Shown here: piece by piece, positions 53,605 through 64,000 of the stretch | How the letters are laid out: every line of letters begins with the position of its first letter | How positions within the stretch are numbered: the stretch's first letter is position 1 | Assembly (NCBI RefSeq): GCF_006345805.1 | Contig: NC_042997.1 | Coordinates: 116,498,001-116,562,000 of the forward strand | DNA from: Octopus sinensis | Taxonomy: Eukaryota | Direction: 5' to 3' | DNA length: 64,000 nt | The notes under the pieces: generated by a model | Told to the model about the DNA's origin: nothing | The model's input: only the letters and a program-made list of their open reading frames with translations | Databases searched by the model: none | Translations under genes and position numbers: made by a program

Positions 53605-55135
53605 CTGAAATGAAAATGTAAAAGTTATGAAGAAACTACTTGGCAAGAAATATTTTTATTTAGTCAGTCATCGCACTCTTTTCCATGCTTATGTGAGTCA
53701 GACAGAATTTGATGAGGCAGGTTTTCTACAGCTGGATGCCTTTCCTGTCACCAACCATCATCTATATCCCAGTGAAGTAATATTTCCACATGACCAACAT
53801 ATTTTCATGGAAGATTGAAATTCAATATTGCTTGTAGAACAGTGGTGTTTCTTTACAACCAGCATGTGATGTCAAGCAGACATACAGTATTTGATGGCAT
53901 AAAAGATACATGGGCATGTTAGACATCTTCATTTCAGCAGTGGATATTCAAGGTAAAAAGTTTTCAGTACATTAAAGCTTATGGGAGACCTAACTTCACA
54001 TATAAGACCCAGGGTGAATTTTTTTATCTAAAACGTTTTAGGAGGTAAAAAAGGGATTTTATATGCCACCAAATAAGGGTACTAGCATTTATCAATAGTC
54101 TTGTTTAAAATCATCCTCACCACATCATCTTCAGTTTATTTTTCCACATCAATTGCGCCCATGTTGGTAGCATGTAAAAAGCACCCATTATATTCTTGGA
54201 GTGGTTTGCATTAAGAAGGGCATCTAGCCATAGAAAGCATGCCAAATCAGGCTGGAACCTGGTGCAGCTCCCTGGCTTGCCAATTTTCAGGCAAACCATC
54301 CAACCCATAGCCAGCATGGAAAACAGACGTTACATGATGATGATGGCCACGGTAATATAATAATGATAATACTGATAATGAAGATGAAAGTGATGGTGAC
54401 AAAAATGATTATGCTGGTATTTAATCTGATGTTTACAACAGCGGAGTAGGCTGTTGTCTCTTCTTGTTATCACTTTATAGCTGGATACCCAACCCATAGC
54501 CAACCTGAGTGCTGCATTTTATCATGTTACAGGCATTACAAGAGTTATCTGCTATCAGAGATAAAGGGCTCCCCCTACTCTGTCTACATGTGTGTATATG
54601 TGTTGTGTGTGCACATGTGTGTGTACATGTCTGTGCATTCTTGCAATTGTGCATGTGTGTACATACACGTACATCAGTGCATATGTGTATGTGTGCATGT
54701 TTATGTTTTGTGCAAAAGTAATTTCCACATGGCTCCATTAACACCACCCGAGTGGAAAACTGTTTGTTTAAATTCTCTTCTCCAGTAAGTAAAAAGTACT
54801 GTTGTTTTGTTTTGTTTGTGTGTGTGCGAGTGCACATTTGTGCAAGCATGTGTTTGAGCGAGTGCGCATTTGTGTGAGCATGCATTAGTGCGAGCACGTT
54901 TGTGTGAGTGTGTGTTTGTGTGAGTGTGTGTGTGTGTGTGAGTGTGTGATGGTGGAGGGGGCAGTGGACTAATCCCCTATTTGGAAAACGGGTCAAAGGA
55001 GCATCTAACCACAGAAAATTTGCCTCAACAAGTTCTGTCTAGTTCATACCATCATGGAAGAAAACACATGTAAAAACAAACAAAAAGGAGACTTTTGAGT
55101 TAAAATTCAATATTATTTACAAATTATTTCCTTAC

Positions 55136-55203
55136 CAAAGATCTGCATTGTGGTCATAAGGCTGTTCTTCAACGATTTCAGGAGCCATATAAAGAGGTGT
55201 TCC
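55136..55203 (-). CDS. STK36: STK36 exon (GTPLYMAPEIVEEQPYDHNADL-W)
   Basis: ctctgtag| acceptor, TG|gtaagg donor, 68 nt, phase 0-2. Contains the APE motif. Confidence 0.95.
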
Positions 55204-55304
55204 CTACAGAGAAATAATTATGTACAAACTGTGACAGGAAAAAAATACTGAACTTGTCATTAAATATCAGCTTCTCTAGGTTTATGTTTGAATATTTTCA
55301 TATA

Positions 55305-55705
55305 TAGGCACGGGAGTGGCTGTGTGGTAAGTAGCTTACTTACCAACCACATGGTTCTGGGTTCATTCCCACTGCGTGGCACCTTGGGCGAGTGTCTTCT
55401 ACTATAGCCTTGGGCCAACCAAAGCCTTGTGAGTGGATTTGGTAGAACGAAACTGAAAGAAGCCCATCATATATATGTATATATATGTATGTATGTGTGT
55501 GTGTATATGTTTGTCCCCCCAACATTGCTTGACAACCGACGGTGGTGTGTTTACATCCCAGTAACATAGAAGTTCAGCAAAAGAGAGCAATAGAATAAGT
55601 ACTAGGCTTCCAAAGAATCAGTCCAGGGGTCGATTTGCTCAACTAAAGGCGGTGCTCCAACATGGCCGCAGTCATATGACTGAAACAAGTAAAGAGAGTA
55701 AAGAG
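55305..55705 (+). mobile_element. SINE family B (tRNA-like head, CORE-like ccttgggcaagtg, internal (TA/TG)n, long tail ending gaaacaagtaaaagag); at least 10 copies
   Basis: Copies near 7330, 15233, 24270, 31436/32829, 44675, 63015 (+) and 13805, 14500, 37590, 59525 (-). CORE similarity is from memory of the MIR core GACCTTGGGCAAGT. Confidence 0.88.
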
Positions 55706-56328
55706 TAATACACACACACACACACACATATCTTACATATCTTCTACTTGTTCTAGTCAAGGAACTGCAGCCATGGCTGGGGCACTGCTTCGAAGAGTTT
55801 AGATCTGTGGGTTTCAACCAGAGTGTCCAAATGGCCCCTGAGGGTCCATATAAGATTTTGTTGTTAAAATTAATCTGTCATAAACACACAAATTTTTTTA
55901 TACATCATCATCATCATTTAGCACCCATTGTCCATGCTGGCATGGGTTGGACAGTTTGATCAGGGCTGGCAAGCTGGAAAGCTGAACCAGACAACAGATG
56001 TTAAATGATGGTGATGATGACATGCATGTGCACACACACACACACGCACACACACAGTATAATTTTAACATTAACTTTTGTTTCCTATACATGCAAAGCT
56101 ATGGGTGAAAAGTAGTAATATCAATAACAAGAGATTAATTAGCAAAGCACCTAAGGATAGTCATAAAATAATAATAGTGTACATAATAAGTCCTTAATTT
56201 TTTCAGTCTTCTCACTTCCAAATGTTATATCAGGGAAAATTACTTTTAACATAGAGCAAGTAGACATATATATAATGATTCAATTAAAATTTATCATGTA
56301 ATTGTCAGGGAATAACATTAAGCAGTAC

Positions 56329-56508
56329 CTTTACAGATGTAAGAACCAGCGTGTTAAAACCCATCGCTCGTGCAAATCCAAAATCACAAAGTTTTATCGT
56401 TTCTCCTTTGGCCAATAAAATGTTTTGGGGTTTCATGTCACGATGCAAAATTCGATGGGAATGAAGATAATAGAGAGCAGACACCAACTGACAGGCAATA
56501 TGCTGTAC
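56329..56508 (-). CDS. STK36: STK36 exon, catalytic loop and DFG ([60 protein letters not shown])
   Basis: ttttcag| acceptor, |gtactg donor, 180 nt. HRDMKPQN and DFGFARAM motifs typical of Fused/STK36. Overlaps ORF 56305..56487. Confidence 0.97.
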
Positions 56509-57517
56509 CTGAAAATGAAGAAGAGTGAAATGGAAGTAAAAGAGGAAAATGGGAATTTAGAGAAGAAACATCAGTTTATTTCAGTGAATATACTGATTAG
56601 GGATAACACCTGTGAAGCAGGTTTATATTATTATCATCATCATTTAACGTCCGATTTCCATGCTAGCATGGGTTGGACGATTTGACTGAGGACTGGCAAA
56701 CCAGATGGCTGCACCAGGCTCCAATCTGATCTGGCAGAGTTTCTACAGGTGGATGCCCTTCCTAACACCAACTACTCTGAGAGTATAGTGGGTGCTTTTA
56801 CGCGCCACCGGCACGAGGGCCAGTCAGGCAGTACTGGCAACAGCCATGCTCAAATGGTGCTTTTTACGTGCCACCAGCACAAGAGCCAAGCCATGCAAAT
56901 AACAAATTTAGTTTCAATAACTTATCTTTTATCTTTTACTTGTTTCAGTCATTGGACAACGACCATACTGGAGCACTGCCCCAAAGATTTAGTCCAACAA
57001 ATCAAAACCAGTACTCTTTTCTTTTTTTTTAAAGTCTGGTATTTATTCTATTGGTCTTTTTGCTGAACTACTAAGAACATGGGTGTAAACAAACTGACAC
57101 CAGTTGTCAAGAAGTGGCAGGGACAAACACACGCATGCACACACACCATCATCTTCATTTAACCTCTGTGCTCCATGCTGACATGAGTTGGACAGTTTGA
57201 CGAGACCTGATGGGTCCAAGGACTGCATTGTACTCCAAGTGTCTGCTCTGGCATAGTTTCTGCAGCAGCATGCTCTTCTTCCTAACACCAACCACTGCAC
57301 TACAGAATGTACTGGATGCATTTTTTTCATGCCACCAGCAGTATACATACATATGACAAGCTTCTTTCAGGCAAATTCGTTCACAAGACTGGTCAACCTC
57401 AAGCTATAATAGAAGCCACTTGCCCGAGGTGACATGCAGTGGAATTGAACCTAAATCCACACTGCTGCAAAGTGAGCTTCTTAACCATACAAGAATAGCT
57501 GGAAAGTATTTTCTTAC

Positions 57518-57595
57518 CTGATCTTCTGGCAAAGATCCGTCATCTTCAAGGATTTGGTAAAGTTCTCCATCAGCGTAGTCCATTACAACAACAAA
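57518..57595 (-). CDS. STK36: STK36 exon ([26 protein letters not shown])
   Basis: tttacag| acceptor, |gtaaga donor, 78 nt, phase 0-0. Closely resembles the vertebrate STK36 segment [25 protein letters not shown] as I recall it. Confidence 0.95.
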
Positions 57596-59244
57596 CTGTA
57601 AACAGAAGGAAACTAATGCTTAAACCATGTCTGTCATATTACAACAGATTTTAGAAGTAACACACAAACATGTGTAGATATATGTAAGTCAATAAATACA
57701 TCTGTGTGTATATCTATATGTATGAGGTACAAAGTCAGAAAACAGCACAGCTCCCATGACTTTCAGAAACATCTTTTCACATTCAGAGTTGCTGAAGCAT
57801 GGAACAAACTACCTTCATCAGTTGTTAGTTGCAAAAAAGGGTTCTAGTTGATCCGATCAACGGAACAGCCTGCTCATGAGAGTAACATGCAAGTGGCTGA
57901 GCACTTTACAGACCTGTGTACCCTTAATGTAGTTCTCAGGGAGATTCGGTGTGACACAGAGTGTGACAAGGCTGCTCCTTTGAATTACAGACAGAACAGA
58001 AACAGGAAGAAAGAGAGAAAGTTGTGGTAGAAGAATACAGCAGGGTTCGACACCACCCACTGCTGGAGCCTCGTGGAACTTTAGGTGTTTTCACTCAATA
58101 AACACTCACAATGCCCGGTCTGGGAATCGAAACCGTGATCCTATGACCGTGAGTCCTCTGCCCTAACCACAGAGCCATTGCGCCTCCACATAAAAGTAGT
58201 ATATAACTGTTATCTTACCTGTTATATGATAACGTTCTTTCCAATTTATATAGTAGTTAATTTGTTTTAGTTTGTTATTTTTCGAAAGTTTCATTTTAAA
58301 GTGTAAAGCCTTCGAGAATTTTATTTTAACACCTATTAATTTTATATATTGAATTTATAAAATCATATTGATGTTTGAATTATAGGAAAATAAGCTGAAC
58401 ATGAAAGTAACTTGGTGCATCTTTTGTATTGATTATCAACTGTGCTTTAAGATATAAAGGCAATCATGAGATTTTAATTTAAAGATTTTGGTAACATTAT
58501 TATAAAAAAAATAATGAAGTAGCCATGAACCAGTCAGAGAAAAATCTATGATTGGGTCATTTGTCCTGCTAAACATAACAGCTGAATTTTTCTGAAATCA
58601 CACATAATTCTCTTCAACAAAGAAGGATACAGATATTCTATCACCGTTAAAAAGAGGAAATGGTTACTGCTAGGACATTTTTGGTCAAAGAAATTCGAAA
58701 ATTCAATGACTGGCATCTGGGCTAGTGGTGTGCAAAGAGCACCATATGAGTGTGATCGTTGACAGAGCGCCTAACCAGCTTCTGTGCCAGTGGCACTTAA
58801 AAGGCACCATTCGAGTGTGATCGTTACCAGCGTTGCCTTACTGGCACTCGAGCCCCGTGCTAGTAGGGCGCTAAGAGCACCATCCAAGCGTGATCGTTGC
58901 GAGAGCGGCTACCTGGGCTCTGTGCCGGTGGCATGTAAAAGGCACCATTCAAGAACGATCATTACCAGCATCGCCTTCTGGCCCCGTACCAGTGGCATGT
59001 AAAAGCACCCACTACACCCTCGTAGTGGTTGGCGTCAGGAAGGGCATCCAGGTGTAGAAACTCTGCCAGATCAAGATTGAAGCCTGGTGTAGCCATCTGG
59101 TTCGCCAGCTCTCAGTCAAAATCGTCCAACCCATGCTAGCATGGAAGGCGGACATTAAATAATGATGATGATCAAAGAAACGGGTCAAAAGAATAATATA
59201 ATCTGAAAATAACCCTACAAAGGTGTCTGTAATGATATACTGAC

Positions 59245-59385
59245 CTCTTCTTCTGTCTCAAAGCTGTCCAAGAGTTGTACAATGTTTTTATGTTGCAAGC
59301 CTCTCATTATCTCTATTTCTTGGGAAAGCACTCGTAGTTCCCGCTCGGATTTGCCAAGTTTTGTAATAAACTTCAATGCTACAAC
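59245..59385 (-). CDS. STK36: STK36/Fused kinase exon ([47 protein letters not shown])
   Basis: ttag|GTT acceptor, GAG|gtcagt donor, 141 nt, phase 0-0. Kinase subdomains II-IV (VALK lysine, alphaC glutamate). First exon found in the window. Confidence 0.93.
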
Positions 59386-60017
59386 CTAACAAATTGAACA
59401 TTTGAAGAATAAAATGTCTGATTAATAAACAAAAGTTTCAGAGCCAACGTCAATAGAATTTACATTTACACTTAAACAGTATCAGGAAAGGTGTATATAT
59501 GCATATATTTGAATACTCATATTAGTCTTTTACTTGTTTCAGTCATTTGACTGTGGCCATGCTGGAGCACCGCCTTTTTTAGTCAAGCAAATTGACCCCA
59601 GGACTTAATCTTTGTAAGCCTAGTACTTATTCAATTGGTCTTTCGCCAAACCGCTAAGTTACGAGACATAAACACACCTGCATCGGTTGTCAAGTGATGT
59701 TGGGAGGACAAACACAGACACACAAACATATATACACACACACACATATATATGACGGGCTTCTTTCAGTTTCTGTCTACCAAATCCACTCACAAGGCTT
59801 TGGTCAGCCCGAGGCTACAGTAGAAGACACTTGCCCAAGGTGCCACGCAGTGGGACTGAACCTGGAACCATGTAGTTGGGAAGCAAGCTACTTACAACAC
59901 AGCCACTCCTGCGCCTCTTTATTTAGTTTGTTTCTCTATTTTCTTATTTGTATTATATATATTAAACAGCAGTGCATCAGCATGACTGCAGCCCTGAGCA
60001 GAAACTAGAGAGAGAAT

Positions 60018-60480
60018 ATATCTCTATATTATAAATCTAAAATGTGAAAAGTTTGTTTGTTTGTCTGGTTTTGGCATTGTGAACGGGTTAAAGGCCACTA
60101 GATCCCATCGGATTGACTCCAAAATTTACAGGGACATGTAAAATGAGGTGAGGATGCCAGTGGGCTAGGTTAGAAATCCCTATCTTAAAAGGTGTCGTTG
60201 CTAGGGCCAAAAACGCACTTTAACAAGTCTACTCTCATTCTTTTATGTATCTGTCTTCCTCCGTCACTCACTCTCTTCCCTTCCCATCACTTTCTATATA
60301 TAACGTCGTTTAACAGCGTCTAACTCCCCTTCACTTTCTCTTTATAACATCGTCAAACAGCATTCTATATCTCCCCCTCACCGCCTTCAACAGCGCTTTC
60401 ACACTCTCTCTCTCTCTACGTCTGTCTGCATTCATAGACAGAATTATCATTGCCACCACCACCACACAATCACGAGAACA
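60018..60480 (+). mobile_element. Possible non-autonomous Helitron-like 5' portion
   Basis: Starts tctctatattataaatctaaaatgtgaaaagtttgtttgtttgtc, a layout typical of Helitron-derived MITEs. No 3' hairpin or CTRR end found. Confidence 0.4.
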
Positions 60481-61010
60481 AATATTATGAATCAGATATT
60501 TATTGGGTTAATATATATATATATGTGTGTGTGTGTGTTCTATATATAAATATGTATATTAAACTTTTTAATACTTTTTGATAGTATATTTTTTTTTTTA
60601 ATTTATAAATATAAATTAATAATTTTAATTTTAAATTTAAATAATTTAAATTTTTAAATTTTATATTTTATATATTTTGTACATTATATTTTTATTTTTA
60701 TGTTTTCGTTTATGTTTTTCACTGTTTGATTTGCCTAATAGTGGTTTTATCTCTAATTTAATTTGCGCGGGTAAGAGTGTTGTTGTTATTTTCTGTTGCA
60801 TCCTTTTGGCACGTAAAAAGCACTTTCCGAACGTGGCCGATGGCAGCGCTGCCTTGACTGGCTTCTGTGCCGGTGGCACGTAAAAAGCACCAACCGATCG
60901 TGGCCGCTGCCAGTGCCTCTCCCCCCGTGGCACGAAAAAAGCAACCACTACAATCACGGAGAGGTTGGTGTTAGGAAGGGCATCCAGCTGTAGAAACACT
61001 GTGTGTGTGT

Positions 61011-61234
61011 GTGTGTGTGTGTAAAATGTGCTTCCACAATTTTCATCTGACATTTACTCATAAGATATTGGTCAGAGCTATAGTAGAAAATACTTACCTG
61101 GGGCTGCTATAAGTGCCTAGAGCAAATATCTTCTATAGCAGCCCCAGGTAAGTGTTTTCTACTATAGTTCTGACCAATATCTTATGAGTAAATGTCAGAT
61201 GAAAATTGTGGAAGCACATTTTACACACACACAC
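61011..61234. repeat. 101-bp inverted repeat with 2 mismatches and a 22-nt spacer
   Basis: Arms 61011-61111 and 61134-61234 checked base by base. Confidence 0.95.
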
Positions 61235-61808
61235 ATCATCATCATTGTTCGACCGTGGTCGAGACAATGGAATTTACTATGTTACGCCAGACTTCACGGT
61301 CCATCATAGCATTACGGAGGTCCTGTTGCTGGATGCCTGTATCCCTGGAGATTACATCAGGGTAGGAGAGTGTGCGCCCTCTGGTGTTGCGAGTAGATGG
61401 CTTCCAGAGGAGAAGAGTAGAAATTACTTCTTTTTCAGCTCTACAACAATGTCCAGCAAACTGGACTCTCCTACCTTTCACAAGAGATGACACAGGTGGT
61501 AGTTTCCCATATATTTGCATTTTGGTTGGATGGCGCTTCCATGAGAGATTTTGAGCTCTCATAAGGAGGCGAGTGTAGGTTCCATCCAACCGCCTCTCAA
61601 GCTTCTTTGATAACGTCCAGGTTTCTGAGCCATATAGTAGAATTGGTTCGACTGTGGCTTTGAATATTTCAAGTTTGAAGTCTCTACTTAGATTTGATGA
61701 CCAGATCTTATGCATGTCATTACAGGCTAACCAGGCCATACCCTTTCTAGTTAGAAAGTCTTTTCCAGATGATGATATGTATGACCCAAGATATTTATAA
61801 TCAGAAAC
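61235..61808 (-). mobile_element. 5'-truncated RTE-group LINE 3' end with (GAT)n tail, inserted in (CA)n
   Basis: ORF 61242..61835 has YKYLGS, ILLYGSETWT, RRVQFAGHC and DREVWR. A small terminal hairpin (attgtctcgaccacggtcgaacaat) lies at the ORF end. Confidence 0.9.
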
Positions 61809-63244
61809 CACACACACACACACACACACACACATACAAGAAGTTAGAATGACAAAAGATTCAACAATTATGTTGTGAACTTCATTAGCTTAAGCTCCTA
61901 TGAAGCTATAGGGTGATACTCAAGCACTCAACTATGAGTGAATAGCAGAAACGGCTGTTAGCTAATGAAGCCCATAACATAATAGTTTATTCCTTTTTAT
62001 TTATTTATGCATCCTTTTCGAGCCTAGCCAGGCTCACGGGCCCAGTTTTCCGATTTCTGTAGCATATGTGTTCCCTCCAGCTGAATGGGATGCCAATAAA
62101 CAGGAAGAAAGAGTGAGAGAAAGTTGGGGCAAAAGAGTACAACAGGGGTCACCATCACCCCCTGCCAGAGCCTCGTGGAGCTTTAGGTGTTTTCGCTCAA
62201 TAAACACACACAACGCCTGGTCTGGGAATTGAAACCGCGATCCTCCAACTGTGAGTCCGCTGCCCTAACCACTGGGTCATTGCGCCTCCACATGTTTATT
62301 CTTTAGTCATTTTAATTTCTTATTACTACTCTATATTTGACTGATGCTTCATTCTGAAGTATATGTAAATTGAATTCCAACATCAGGGTATTAGTATTGC
62401 TATGCCTTAGTGAAATAATATATATACATGTGTGTGTGTGTGTGTGCATATTACCTGCAGCTCATGCTCACATATATATATTGCCTTGTACGCACACACA
62501 CGCAGATAAATCAGAGTGATAGTTCTGTTGAAAGCTTTCTAACATCAAAGAAGCTGCATGTCACAATCAATAAATCCCATTAGTAGGTCTCTACGAAACT
62601 CTGCTTTTATATAGTTTCAAATAACTGTGCTAGAACCTATCATTATGATTAATAAAGATGGCTTGTGGCATTGCTCCAGCTTTGCCACAACCAAATAACT
62701 GAAACCAGTAAGAAAATATATTTTAAAAAAATTCTGAATTCAATCTTTGGTTGTATAACAGAACATTTAATATTAATTTCAGGTATAAGGCAGCGAGCTG
62801 GCAGAAATGTTAGCACGCCGGGCGAAATGCTTAGCAATATTTCGTGTATCCTTACGTTCTGAGTTCAAATTTCACTGTGGTTGTTTTTGCCTTTCATCCT
62901 TTCAGGGTCGATAAATTAAGTACCAGTTGTGTACTGGGGTCAATCTAATCAACTGGCTCCCCTCCCTCAAAATTTCAGGCCTTGTGCCTAAAGTAGAAAA
63001 GAATATTAATTCCAGTTATGGTTGTGTGGTAAGAAGTTTGCTTCCCAACCACATAGTTCCAGGGTTCAGTCCTTCTGTGTGGCACCTTGAGCAAATGTCA
63101 TCTACTCTAGCATGGGGTTCTCAACCATTTTTTATAAATGGATCCCTTTGAGTCCATAACCATTCAGTTTAAAAACCAGTTTTATAGAAATGTCATTTAA
63201 AATTCCTATTTTGTTTCTTAAACATTAATTTGTGTTGGTTGAAC

Positions 63245-63835
63245 AAAAGGGGTTGGGCAAAATAATGGAAACACCTTAAAATTTCAAACAAATTTATTTT
63301 AATATGGGGTAGGACTGCCTTTGGCAGTAATTACAGCTCAAATTCTATGAGGTATGGACTTGTACAAAGTTTGAATTGTTTCCAAAGGAATTTTTGGCCA
63401 TTCTTCAGCTAAAACAGTCTCCAGTTCTTGTAGTGATGATGACAAAGGATATTGACTCCTTTCTTGTTTTTCTAAAAAGCACCATAAATGTTTATTAATA
63501 TTGAGATCTGGGGACTGTGGTGGCCAGATAAGATGTTCAACTTCACTAGAATGTTACTCATGCCATTCAGTAACAACTTTAGCTGTGTGAATTGGTGCAT
63601 TATCATCCTGAAAGATTGCATCTCCAGAAACAGTTCTGCAACCGTAGGATGAATTTGAACAGTTAAAATACTTAAAAAGTCTTGATTATTAATTCTGCCG
63701 TGAAGGGAAACCATTGGGCCAGTGGATTTCCAAGATATAGCCCCCACCAGATCAGAACAGATCCTCCTCCATGTTTAACAATTGGAAGAAGGCAGTCTGG
63801 GTCAAATGCTTCTTTTGGCTGTCTCCACATGTATA
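63245..63835 (-). mobile_element. Tc1-like transposon 3' fragment
   Basis: ORF 63472..63747 reads GAISWKSTGPMVSLHGRINNQD.LSIL; frameshifted QDDNAPIH and WPPQSPDLN motifs follow. Confidence 0.85.
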
Positions 63836-63909
63836 CTCTAGGGATCAATTCTGTAGGTTTTTACTTCACTCTAATTGCTTTACATCCAGATTTCTGAGTA
63901 CCTTATTTC

Positions 63910-63941
<32 letters not shown>

Positions 63942-64000
63942 CTCTCTCATACACACACACACACACTTATACATACTAATACGTACTAATACATACTAAT

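Noticed and set aside
58215-58250. Strong donor-like ACAG|gtaaga on minus
   Set aside because: The neighbouring exons 59245 and 57595 already join in frame with no missing kinase residues.
59386-64000. First coding exon of STK36 (GEGSFG glycine loop)
   Set aside because: I searched by eye and found no matching frame; it probably lies beyond 64000.

Overview
AT-rich, repeat-dense eukaryotic DNA. The SINE families and (CA)n/(TAA)n microsatellites point to an octopod/coleoid cephalopod (inference). One host gene is present: STK36/Fused kinase on the minus strand. I traced 12 GT-AG exons by hand from 59385 down to 12539, and they splice into one open frame. I did not find the first coding exon or the C-terminal ARM/HEAT exons, which probably lie outside the window. 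The introns hold a near full-length Tx1/L1-type retrotransposon inserted in a (TTA)n tract, mariner, maT and Tc1 transposon relics, CR1 and RTE LINE fragments, TTAA-flanked MITEs and dozens of SINEs. The main findings are: (1) a tRNA-headed short repeat whose tail is a minimal, dimer-type hammerhead ribozyme; (2) a Tx1 element broken only by single-base indels, whose 3' end is shared with a resident SINE tail; (3) a 101-bp near-perfect foldback; and (4) a partial STK36 exon plus donor site copied 12 kb away. All exon and repeat calls are by eye, and repeat boundaries are approximate.
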